Part shown: piece by piece, positions 39,181 to 53,700 of the stretch
Layout of the letters: the number at the start of each line of letters is the position of its first letter
Position numbering within the stretch: the first letter of the stretch is position 1
Assembly: GCA_053919585.1 (NCBI GenBank)
Contig: CM132791.1
Strand: one strand, 5' to 3'
Origin: Euprymna scolopes
Taxonomy: Eukaryota
DNA length: 64,000 nt
Translations under genes and position numbers: made by a program
Notes under the pieces: generated by a model
Seen by the model: only the letters and a program-made list of their open reading frames with translations
What the model was told of the DNA's origin: nothing
Databases searched by the model: none

Positions 39181-42100
39181 CTAACCCAACGAATTGAAGC
39201 ACAGAGTGTAATTGCAATAGATATGAGTGGATGGAACCCTTTTTAAGGAACTTCTGCTACTGATACTTATGCAACTACTAACCAACAGACTGATACTAAC
39301 CAACAGACTGATACTAACCAACAGACTGATACTAACCAACAGGCTGATACTAACCAACAGGCTGATACTAACCAACAGACTGATACTAACCAACAGAATG
39401 ATACTAACCAACAGACTGATACTAACCAACAGGCTGATACTAACCAACAGACTGATACTAACAAACAGGCTGATACTAACCAACAGACTGATACTAACCA
39501 ACAGGCTGATACTAACCAACAGACTGATACTAACCAACAGACTGATACTAACCAACAGGCTGATACTAACCAACAGGCTGATACTAACCAACAGGCTGAT
39601 ACTAACCAACAGGCTGATACTAACCAACAGACTGATACTAACCAACAGACTGATACTAACCAACAGACTGATACTAACCAACAGGCTGATACTAACCAAC
39701 AGACTGATACTAACCAACAGACTGATACTAACCAACAGACTGATACTAACCAACAGACTGATACTAACCAACAGGCTGATACTAACCAACAGGCTGATAC
39801 TAACCAACAGGCTGATACTAACCAACAGACTGATACTAACCAACAGACTGATACTAACCAACAGACTGATACTAACCAACAGGCTGATACTAACCAACAG
39901 ACTGATACTAACCAACAGGCTGATACTAACCAACAACAGACTGATACTAGCCAACAGACTGATACTAACCAACAGGCTGATACTAACCAACAGACTGATA
40001 CTAACCAACAGACTGATACTAACCAACAGGCTGATACTAACCAACAGACTGATACTAACCAACAGACTGATACTAACCAACAGGCTGATACTAACCAACA
40101 GACTGATACTAACCAACAGACTGATACTAACCAACAGACTGATACTAACCAACAGGCTGATACTAACCAACAGACTGATACTAACCAACAGACTGATACT
40201 AACCAACAGACTGATACTAACCAACAGACTGATACTAACCAACAGACTGATACTAACCAACAGACTGATACTAACCAACAGGCTGATACTAACCAACAGG
40301 CTGATACTAACCAACAGGCTGATACTAACCAACAGGCTGATACTAACCAACAGACTGATACTAACCAACAGACTGATACTAACCAACAGACTGATACTAA
40401 CCAACAGACTGATACTAACCAACAGACTGATACTAACCAACAGGCTGATACTAACCAACAGACTGATACTAACCAACAGACTGATACTAACCAACAGACT
40501 GATACTAACCAACAGACTGATACTAACCAACAGACTGATACTAACCAACAGGCTGATACTAACCAACAGACTGATACTAACCAACAGACTGATACTAACC
40601 AACAGACTGATACTAACCAACAGACTGATACTAACCAACAGGCTGATACTAACCAACAGGCTGATACTAACCAACAGGCTGATACTAACCAACAGACTGA
40701 TACTAACCAACAGACTGATACTAACCAACAGACTGATACTAACCAACAGGCTGATACTAACCAACAGACTGATACTAACCAACAGGCTGATACTAACCAA
40801 CAACAGACTGATACTAGCCAACAGACTGATACTAACCAACAGGCTGATACTAACCAACAGACTGATACTAACCAACAGACTGATACTAACCAACAGGCTG
40901 ATACTAACCAACAGACTGATACTAACCAACAGACTGATACTAACCAACAGGCTGATACTAACCAACAGACTGATACTAACCAACAGACTGATACTAACCA
41001 ACAGACTGATACTAACCAACAGGCTGATACTAACCAACAGACTGATACTAACCAACAGACTGATACTAACCAACAGACTGATACTAACCAACAGACTGAT
41101 ACTAACCAACAGACTGATACTAACCAACAGACTGATAATAACCAACAGACTGATACTAACCAACAGGCTGATACTAACCAACAGACTGATACTAACCAAC
41201 AGACTGATACTAACCAACAGACTGATACTAACCAACAGACTGATACTAACCAACAGGCTGATACTAACCAACAGACTGATACTAACCAACAGACTGATAC
41301 TAACCAACAGACTGATACTAACCAACAGGCTGATACTAACCAACAGACTGATACTAACCAACAGACTGATACTAACCAACAGACTGATACTAACCAACAG
41401 ACTGATACTAACCAACAGGCTGATACTAACCAACAGACTTATACTAACCAACAGACTGATACTAACCAACAGACTGATACTAACCAACAGACTGATACTA
41501 ACCAACAGGCTGATACTAACCAACAGACTGATACTAACCAACAGGCTGATACTAACCAACAGACTGATACTAACCAACAGACTGATACTAGCCAACAGAC
41601 TGATACTAGCCAACAGACTGATACTAACCAACAGACTGATACTAACCAACAGGCTGATACTAACCAACAGACTGATACTAGCCAACAGACTGATACTAGC
41701 CAACAGACTGATACTAGCCAACAGACTGATACTAACCAACAGACTGATACTAACCAACAGGCTGATACTAACCAACAGACTGATACTAGCCAACAGACTG
41801 ATACTAACCAACAGACTGATACTAACCAACAGACTGATACTAACCAACAGGCTGATACTAACCAACAGACTGATACTAACCAACAGACTGATACTAACCA
41901 ACAGACTGATACTAGCCAACAGACTGATACTAACCAACAGACTGATACTAACCAACAGACTGATACTAGCCAACAGACTGATACTAACCAACAGACTGAT
42001 ACTAACCAACAACAGACTGATACTAACCAACAGACTGATACTAACCAACAGACTGATACTAGCCAACAGACTGATACTGACCAACAGACTGATACTAACC

Positions 42101-45100
42101 AACAGACTGATACTAGCCAACAGACTGATACTAACCAACAGACTGATACTAACCAACAGACTGATACTAACCAACAGACTGATACTAACCAACAGACTGA
42201 TACTAACCAACAGGCTGATACTAACCAACAGACTGATACTAACCAACAGGCTGATACTAACCAACAGACTGATACTAACCAACAGGCTGATACTAACCAA
42301 CAGGCTGATACTAACCAACAGGCTGATACTAACCAACAGACTGATACTAACCAACAGACTGATACTAACCAACAGACTGATACTAGCCAACAGACTGATA
42401 CTAACCAACAGACTGATACTAACCAACAGGCTGATACTAACCAACAGACTGATACTAACCATCAGACTGATACTAGCCAACAGACTGATACTAACCAACA
42501 GACTGATACTAACCAACAGGCTGATACTAACCAACAGACTGATTCTAACCAACAGACTGATACTAACCAACAGACTGATACTAACCAACAGACTGATACT
42601 AGCCAACAGACTGATACTAACCAACAGACTGATACTAACCAACAGACTGATACTAGCCAACAGACTGATACTAACCAACAGACTGATACTAACCAACAAC
42701 AGACTGATACTAGCCAACAGACTGATACTAGCCAACAGACTGATACTAACCAACAACAGACTGATACTAACCAACAGACTGATACTAACCAACAGACTGA
42801 TACTAGCCAACAGACTGATACTAACCAACAGACTGATACTAACCAACAGACTGATACTAACCAACAGACTGATACTAACCAACAGACTGATACTAGCCAA
42901 CAGACTGGTACTAACCAACAGACTGATACTAACCAACAGACTGATACTAACCAACAGACTGATACTAACCAACAACAGACTGATACTAGCCAACAGACTG
43001 ATACTAACCAACAGACTGATACTAACCAACAACAGACTGATACTAACCAACAGACTGATACTAACCAACAGACTGATACTAGCCAACAGACTGATACTAA
43101 CCAACAGACTGATACTAACCAACAGACTGATACTAACCAACAGACTGATACTAACCAACAGACTGATACTAGCCAACAGACTGGTACTAACCAACAGACT
43201 GATACTAACCAACAGACTGATACTAACCAACAGACTGATACTAACCAACAGACTGATACTAACCAACAGACTGATACTAACCAACAGACTGATACTAGCC
43301 AACAGACTGATACTAACCAACAACAGACTGATACTAACCAACAACAGACTGATACTAACCAACAACAGACTGATACTAACCAACAGACTGATACTAACCA
43401 ACAGACTGATACTAACCAACAGACTGATACTAACCAACGGACTGATACTAACCAACAGACTGATACTAACCAACAGACTGATACTAACCAACAGACTGAT
43501 ACTAACCAACAGACTGATACTAGCCAACAGACTGATACTAACCAACAGACTGATACTAACCAACAGACTGATACTAACCCACAGACTGATACTAACCAAC
43601 AGACTGATACTAGCCAACAGACTGCTACTAACCAACAGACTGATACTAACCAACAGACTGATACTAACCAACAACAGACTGATACTAGCCAACAGACTGA
43701 TACTAACCAACAACAGACTGATACTAACCAACAGACTGATACTAACCAACAGACTGGTACTAACCAACAGACTGATACTAACCAACAGACTGATACTAAC
43801 CAACAGACTGATACTAACCAACAACAGACTGGTACTAACCAACAGACTGATACTAACCAACAACAGACTGATACTAACCAACAGACTGATACTAACCAAC
43901 AGACTGGTACTAACCAACAGACTGATACTAACCAACAGACTGATACTAACCAACAACAGACTGATACTAACCAACAACAGACTGATACTAACCAACAACA
44001 GACTGATACTAGCCAACAGACTGGTACTAACCAACAGACTGGTACTAACCAACAGACTGATACTAACCAACAGACTGATACTAGCCAACAACAGACTGAT
44101 ACTAGCCAACAGACTGATACTAACCAACAACAGACTGATACTAACCAACAGACTGATACTAACCAACAACAGACTGATACTAGCCAACAGACTGATACTA
44201 ACCAACAACAGACTGATACTAGCCAACAGACTGATACTAACCAACAGACTGGTACTAACCAACAGACTGATACTAACCAACAGACTGATACTAACCAACA
44301 GACTGATACTAGCCAACAACAGACTGATACTAACCAACAACAGACTGATACTAACCAACAGACTGATACTAACCAACAACAGACTGATACTAGCCAACAG
44401 ACTGATACTAACCAACAACAGACTGATACTAACCAACAGACTGATACTAACAACCAGACTGGTACTAACCAACAGACTGATACTAACCAACAGACTGATA
44501 CTAACCAACAGACTGATACTAGCCAACAACAGACTGATACTAACCAACAACAGACTGATACTAACCAACAGACTGATACTAACCAACAGACTGATACTAA
44601 CCAACAGACTGATACTAACCAACAACAGACTGGTACTAACCAACAGACTGATACTAACCAACAACAGACTGATACTAACCAACAGACTGATACTAACCAA
44701 CAGACTGGTACTAACCAACAGACTGATACTAACCAACAGACTGATACTAACCAACAACAGGCTGATACTAACCAACAGACTGATACTAACCAACAACAGG
44801 CTGATACTAACCAACAGACTGATACTAACCAACAACAGGCTGATACTAACCAACAGACTGATACTAACCAACAGACTGATACTAACCAACAGACTGATAC
44901 TAGCCAACAGACTGATACTAACCAACAACAGACTGATACTAGCCAACAGACTGATACTAACCAACAGACTGATACTAACCAACAGACTGATACTAACCAA
45001 CAGACTGATACTAACCAACAGACTGATACTAACCAACAACAGACTGATACTAACCAACAGACTGATACTAACCAACAGACTGATACTAACCAACAGACTG

Positions 45101-48100
45101 ATACTAACCAACAGACTGATACTAGCCAACAGACTGATACTAGCCAACAGACTGATACTAGCCAACAGACTGATACTAGCCAACAACAGACTGATACTAG
45201 CCAACAGACTGGTACTAACCAACAACAGACTGATACTAACCAACAGACTGATACTAGCCAACAACAGACTGATACTAGCCAACAGACTGGTACTAACCAA
45301 CAGACTGATACTAACCAACAACAGACTGATACTAACCAACAGACTGATACTAACCAACAGACTGATACTAGCCAACAGACTGATACTAGCCAACAGACTG
45401 ATACTAGCCAACAGACTGATACTAACCAACAACAGACTGATACTAACCAACAGACTGATACTAACCAACAACAGACTGATACTAGCCAACAGACTGGTAC
45501 TAACCAACAACAGACTGATACTAACCAACAGACTGATACTAACCAACAACAGACTGGTACTAACCAACAACAGACTGGTACTAACCAACAACAGACTGAT
45601 ACTAACCAACAGACTGATACTAGCCAACAACAGACTGATACTAGCCAACAGACTGGTACTAACCAACAGACTGATACTAACCAACAACAGACTGATACTA
45701 ACCAACAGACTGATACTAACCAACAGACTGATACTAACCAACAGACTGATACTAACCAACAGACTGATACTAACCAACAACAGACTGATACTAACCAACA
45801 GACTGATACTAACCAACAGACTGATACTAACCAACAGACTGATACTAACCAACAGACTGATACTAGCCAACAGACTGATACTAGCCAACAGACTGATACT
45901 AGCCAACAGACTGATACTAGCCAACAACAGACTGATACTAGCCAACAGACTGGTACTAACCAACAACAGACTGATACTAACCAACAGACTGATACTAGCC
46001 AACAACAGACTGATACTAGCCAACAGACTGGTACTAACCAACAGACTGATACTAACCAACAACAGACTGATACTAACCAACAGACTGATACTAACCAACA
46101 GACTGATACTAGCCAACAGACTGATACTAGCCAACAGACTGATACTAACCAACAACAGACTGATACTAGCCAACAGACTGATACTAACCAACAACAGACT
46201 GATACTAGCCAACAGACTGGTACTAACCAACAACAGACTGATACTAACCAACAACAGACTGGTACTAACCAACAACAGACTGGTACTAACCAACAACAGA
46301 CTGGTACTAACCAACAACAGACTGATACTAACCAACAGACTGATACTAGCCAACAACAGACTGATACTAGCCAACAGACTGATACTAACCAACAGACTGA
46401 TACTAACCAACAACAGACTGATACTAACCAACAGACTGATACTAACCAACAGACTGATACTAACCAACAGACTGGTACTAACCAACAGACTGATACTAAC
46501 CAACAACAGACTGATACTAGCCAACAGACTGATACTAACCAACAGACTGGTACTAACCAACAGACTGATACTAACCAACAGACTGGTACTAACCAACAGA
46601 CTGATACTAACCAACAGACTGGTACTAACCAACAGACTGATACTAACCAACAACAGACTGATACTAGCCAACAGACTGATACTAGCCAAAAGACTGGTAC
46701 TAACCAACAGACTGATACTAACCAACAGACTGGTACTAACCAACAGACTGATACTAACCAACAGACTGATACTAACCAACAGACTGATACTAGCCAACAG
46801 ACTGATACTAACCAACAACAGACTGATACTAACCAACAGACTGATACTAACCAACAGACTGATACTAACCAACAGACTGGTACTAACCAACAGACTGATA
46901 CTAACCAACAGACTGATACTAACCAACAGACTGGTACTAACCAACAGACTGATACTAACCAACAGACTGGTACTAACCAACAGACTGATACTAACCAACA
47001 ACAGACTGATACTAGCCAACAGACTGATACTAGCCAACAGACTGGTACTAACCAACAGACTGATACTAACCAACAGACTGGTACTAACCAACAGACTGAT
47101 ACTAACCAACAACAGACTGATACTAGCCAACAGACTGATACTAGCCAACAGACTGGTACTAACCAACAGACTGATACTAACCAACAGACTGGTACTAACC
47201 AACAGACTGATACTAGCCAACAGACTGGTACTAACCAACAGACTGATACTAACCAACAGACTGGTACTAACCAACAGACTGATACTAACCAACAGACTGA
47301 TACTAACCAACAGACTGATACTAGCCAACAGACTGATACTAACCAACAACAGACTGATACTAACCAACAGACTGATACTAACCAACAGACTGATACTAAC
47401 CAACAGACTGGTACTAACCAACAGACTGATACTAACCAACAGACTGGTACTAACCAATAGACTGATACTAACCAACAGACTGATACTAACCAACAGACTG
47501 ATACTAACCAACAGACTGATACTAGCCAACAGACTGGTACTAACCAACAGACTGATACTAACCAACAGACTGATACTAGCCAACAGACTGATACTAACCA
47601 ACAACAGACTGATACTAGCCAACAGACTGATACTAACCAACAGACTGGTACTAACCAACAGACTGATACTAACCAACAGACTGATACTAACCAACAGACT
47701 GGTACTAACCAACAGACTGATACTAACCAACAACAGACTGATACTAGCCAACAGACTGATACTAACCAACAGACTGATACTAGCCAACAGACTGGTACTA
47801 ACCAACAGACTGATACTAACCAACAACAGACTGATACTAGCCAACAGACTGATACTAACCAACAGACTGATACTAGCCAACAGACTGATACTAACCAACA
47901 GACTGGTACTAACCAACAGACTGATACTAACCAACAGACTGATACTAACCAACAGACTGGTACTAACCAACAGACTGATACTAACCAACAACAGACTGAT
48001 ACTAGCCAACAGACTGATACTAGCCAACAGACTGATACTAGCCAACAGACTGGTACTAACCAACAGACTGATACTAACCAACAGACTGGTACTAACCAAC

Positions 48101-50743
48101 AGACTGATACTAACCAACAGACTGATACTAACCAACAGACTGATACTAGCCAACAGACTGATACTAACCAACAACAGACTGATACTAACCAACAGACTGA
48201 TACTAACCAACAGACTGATACTAACCAACAGACTGGTACTAACCAACAGACTGATACTAACCAACAGACTGGTACTAACCAACAGACTGATACTAACCAA
48301 CAGACTGATACTAACCAACAGACTGATACTAACCAACAGACTGATACTAGCCAACAGACTGGTACTAACCAACAGACTGATACTAACCAACAGACTGATA
48401 CTAGCCAACAGACTGATACTAACCAACAACAGACTGATACTAGCCAACAGACTGATACTAACCAACAGACTGGTACTAACCAACAGACTGATACTAACCA
48501 ACAGACTGATACTAACCAACAGACTGATACTAACCAACAGACTGATACTAGCCAACAGACTGGTACTAACCAACAGACTGATACTAACCAACAACAGGCT
48601 GATACTAACCAACAGACTGGTACTAACCAACAGACTGATACTAACCAACAGACTGATACTAACCAAAAGACTGATACTAACCAACAGACTGATACTAACC
48701 AACAACAGGCTGATACTAACCTACAGACTGATACTAACCAACAACAGGCTGATACTAACCAACAGACTGATACTAACCAACAGACTGATACTAACCAACA
48801 GACTGATACTAACCAACAGACTGATACTAACCAACAACAGGCTGATACTAACCAACAGACTGATACTAACCAACAACAGGCTGATACTAACCAACAGACT
48901 GATACTAACCAACAGACTGATACTAACCAACAGACTGATACTAACCAACAACAGGCTGATACTAACCAACAGACTGATACTAACCAACAACAGGCTGATA
49001 CTAACCAACAGACTGATACTAACCAACAACAGACTGATACTAACCAACAGACTGGTACTAACCAACAGACTGATACTAACCAACAGACTGATACTAACCA
49101 ACAGACTGATACTAACCAACAGACTGATACTAACCAACAACAGGCTGATACTAACCAACAGACTGATACTAACCAACAACAGGCTGATACTAACCAACAG
49201 ACTGATACTAACCAACAGACTGATACTAACCAACAGACTGATACTAACCAACAACAGGCTGATACTAACCAACAGACTGATACTAACCAACAACAGGCTG
49301 ATACTAACCAACAGACTGATACTAACCAACAACAGGCTGATACTAACCAACAGACTGATACTAACCAACAGACTGATACTAACCAACAGACTGATACTAA
49401 CCAACAGACTGATACTAACCAACAACAGACTGATACTAACCAACAGACTGATACTAACCAACAGACTGATACTAGCCAACAGACTGGTACTAACCAACAG
49501 ACTGATACTAACCAACAGACTGATACTAACCAACAGACTGATACTAACCAACAGACTGATACTAACCAACAACAGACTGATACTAGCCAACAGACTGATA
49601 CTAGCCAACAGACTGATACTAACCAACAACAGACTGATACTAACCAACAGACTGATACTAACCAACAGACTGATACTAGCCAACAGACTGATACTAGCCA
49701 ACAGACTGGTACTAACCAACAGACTGATACTAACCAACAGACTGATACTAACCAACAGACTGATACTAACCAACAGACTGATACTAACCAACAACAGACT
49801 GATACTAGCCAACAGACTGATACTAGCCAACAGACTGATACTAACCAACAACAGACTGATACTAACCAACAGACTGATACTAACCAACAGACTGATACTA
49901 GCCAACAGACTGATACTAACCAACAGACTGATACTAACCAACAGACTGATACTAGCCAACAGACTGATACTAACCAACAGACTGATACTAACCAACAGAC
50001 TGATACTAACCAACAGACTGATACTAACCAACAGACTGATACTAGCCAACAGACTGGTACTAACCAACAGACTGATACTAACCAACAGACTGATACTAGC
50101 CAACAGACTGATACTAACCAACAGACTGATACTAACCAACAGACTGATACTAGCCAACAGACTGATACTAACCAACAGACTGATACTAACCAACAACAGA
50201 CTGATACTAGCCAACAGACTGATACTAGCCAACAGACTGATACTAACCAACAACAGACTGATACTAACCAACAGACTGATACTAACCAACAGACTGATAC
50301 TAGCCAACAGACTGATACTAACCAACAGACTGATACTAACCAACAGACTGATACTAACCAACAGGCTGATACTAACCAACAGACTGATACTAGCCAACAG
50401 ACTGATACTAACCAACAACAGACTGATACTAACCAACAGACTGATACTAACCAACAGGCTGATACTAACCAACAGGCTGATACTAACCAACAACAGACTG
50501 ATACCACTGTTGATCGAGTCTATCTGAGGTATATGCCGAGTGGTGGTGTATAGAATTGACACCTAGCCAGTGAATGCTGAAGACATGTATTGCATGGATA
50601 GAAATTACATGAAAATGATATATAGTGCGAGTGTTACAGACAGATTTAGATCTAATCACCTCAGAGGAAGATTAACTCTTGTTAGTATAGAAAAATGTGT
50701 GTAGAACAGGAAAGTTTGTTGGTTTGGTCACGTTGAATGAATA

Positions 50744-50745
<2 letters not shown>
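39181..50745 (+). mobile_element. RTE-clade LINE RT C-terminal fragment interrupted by the giant minisatellite
   Basis: Left flank translates SVIAIDMSGWNPF/KELL. Right flank translates PLL...VVY..DT*PVNAEDM...DR....LRGRL....IEKCV*NRKVCWFGHVE*IDDD. These match the RTE pattern SV.AR..SGW..F.ELLPLL...LYGSETWP...LRWFGHV.RM. Confidence 0.8.
39277..50503. repeat. 11.2-kb minisatellite, 18-bp unit ACTGATACTAACCAACAG (about 600 copies; 21-bp variants with an extra CAA)
   Basis: Direct reading. Common variants are GCTGAT, ACTAGC, GGTACT and +CAA. Confidence 0.99.

Positions 50746-50790
<45 letters not shown>
50744..50790. repeat. (GAT)n microsatellite at the end of the RTE fragment
   Basis: Direct reading. 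Confidence 0.95.
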
Positions 50791-50794
<4 letters not shown>

Positions 50795-53700
50795 ATGACG
50801 AAGACAACACGTGTTTATTTAGTTAATAATTACTTTCTTTTCTGAAGATTAATATCGCGTGTCCATAAAACCCTTAATAGTAGCTTAAATTCAGAAAATT
50901 AAAACAATTCTCAGCCTAGCGAGTAAATTATATTATGCACAGCTTTTATCATTGACTGGTTTTGATTAGCTTACATTTATGACAAGGTCCAAGAGTATTT
51001 CGGTATTGTGAACCCCTTTTTGTTATTGTATTGAACCCTTCTGGGACGGGTACTTTTACTATTTTATCAATGTTTGTTTTATTTCATAAAAATTATCGAT
51101 TTCGATCATACATAGAATATATTTCAAGTGGGAACATTTGTATTAAATTCTTTTAAATATCTAAAAATTATTCGTATAATCTAATATATAAAAGGGCTAT
51201 ATGTCTGTCTTCATATTTTCTAACTCTATCTATTGCAAAACTAAAAGTCACAGGGTGGCGCTAGGGGTCTCAAATGATTGGATTTTTTACAGATCGTTTT
51301 TTATGGGTTTTTAGCCGGTTAAAATAATTTTTAATGGCTTAAAAACGGGTCAAAATTGAAAACTCGTTATACATTTTATGCATTCATCTTAGTTTATTTT
51401 TAATTGTTAATTTTTTATCAGTTCCTATGCGTGTCAGTGGTAAAGTCACCAGCATTGAATGCTACTGTTTCGATTTCAGTTTCGATTCTAGCTGATGGGA
51501 CCCAAATACTTTTGTTTTTTTTCTTTTGAACTCTCGACTCTATAATAATATATACGAAATCTGGACAAATTAAAATATTATTTTGGTTCTAATGCACTTA
51601 TTGACCCGTGCTGAAATAATAACGTTATTATTTAAAAAGCCATATACATTACTGATCCGCACTATTTTTAAATTGTATTTCCAAGTTTAATTAAAGTTTT
51701 ATGAGATGTTTTTTTATTCAATTGTAAGGTTAAAGTACAGAGTAGGTACAAAACACCCTCGCCTCCCCATGTTAAGAATGGCTTTTTAAATATAAATCGT
51801 ATTTTACGACGAAGCAAAGCTAATATTGTATATATTTTAAAGAAATATTTTGAGTTTTGCTGGTATATTTTCTGATTCATTTTCAAATTAAAGTTTTATG
51901 AATTTAATCATCGTAATTTTATAATTTTTAGAAACGTAAAATCATTTCCATTGTTTCTCTCCCGGTTAAATTCTATATTTTCTCTTTAAGGAAAGAAATA
52001 AGCCACTCAACACTACTTCTGTGTTGCTATGTGTTAATATTTTAGGTTTTTCTTTTTATTGTTTTTATTTGCTTTACAAATAGACAGAAGCTTCTCTGAA
52101 GTGAATGTTTTGAATGCCATATAAATTGCAAATCACTTTTTGGTTTCATGTTATTTTGTTGAGGGTCACATTCAGTTTTGAAATGTGCAAACAAGGGAAG
52201 ATAATTACCTGTAAGCAAAACGCCACGGATGCAAAGCAAGCAGAAAATAACGATAAGAATAAATGGACAATAGACAAAAATACTTTTTCCCCATTTCCTA
52301 ATAAATTCAACCCATTTTCCATTCTAGAACTTCTTCGGTGCTTTTTCCTTAAATTTTTCTTTATTCCACTTGTTTATTTGTCTGTTCTTCTTAAATGAAT
52401 GAGTTCATTTATCCTGTATTTTGTCACATTTCTAAAAAGGCATTTTTTTATTCCGAGATAACCACCGATATATGCATGGGCTTCAGCATACTACTTCATA
52501 TTCTTTTTTCTGGAAATTGAACTGAGATCTTTTTCAAGACATAAAGAATAGGTGATCTCAGATCACTGTAGGTCTTCTCTTCAATGCCAACGGAATGGAT
52601 AAAGTTGGTATTGGCATTGATCGTATATAATTTATTTGATATATTAATGAAATTTCGTTATTTACTTTTGACCTATTTAATCATTTACAACATATTGCAT
52701 TTGATCAAGATTTTAATCGATAATTTGTTATTATTTGACCAAAAGTTAGTATTATGTCTTTATGCCTCTCTGAAAGTAATCTTCTCATTTTTTTTATCTA
52801 GGTTAACTTTGTAATTACATCGTTTGGAAAATCCTTTATTCTTTCTTTCTATAAAATGATATCAAATACAACAGTTCACATGTTATTTTCATTCATCATC
52901 TATCTATGTCATATCAATCTTTATTGTCATTTTAATCTTTACCATAGTTAACAGTGCCATTCTATACTTAAATATCCACATGAAATTAATATTTTCAAAG
53001 TTTTTTCAAAAATCTATATCTTTCCTACCTATTTCATTTTTTTAAATTTTCCCGCTTAGCCATTTTTACCTGAACTGCTGTGATCTGAACATCTTCACCT
53101 ATTAAATGTCTACAGAATATCAATTTAACAGTGTCATTATTACCAACATTTAGCTTTTTATATGAATAAAATAAGACTTGGAGTAAAAGTTTAAAAAATT
53201 ACTTTTCATATATTTTAGTATAAACACTTATAGCTCTTATACATCTCATAGATAATATATTGAGTGTTATATTATATCCTACAGATATTAAGTATTTCAC
53301 ATATATATTATTACAGTTATTATTTGCTTTTTTTCTTGTAGTTATGATCATGTAAACTAGAAGTATCCTCAGGAGCAATTAAAATTATCACATTAAAACA
53401 TATTTGTCATATTTCTTTGTATAACTTTACTAAACTGAGCAATAAATATAGATGATGATGACGATGATGATAATGATGATGGTGGTGGTAGTCATGAGAA
53501 TTCCACCAACTTAAAGTATGTAAATAAAGTGGTAGAGACAAATTTATTATTGTATATGAACAGAGCAGTTTTCAAGAAAACAATGAGTAACCCAAAAAAC
53601 TCCTGGTTCAACCCTTGAACCCAGTATGATTTTTTTTCATTCTTATGTGTTTGTTTAATGAATAGCACTAAAGGTAAATAGTGTTTATACTGAATTGAGT

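Noticed and set aside
39181-50562. Giant ORFs (3766, 3174, 2681 and 613 aa) as protein genes
   Set aside because: They arise because an 18-bp unit lacks stops in several frames. The products (LILTNR, LLVSIS, WLVSVC) are implausible, and the flanks are a dead RTE.
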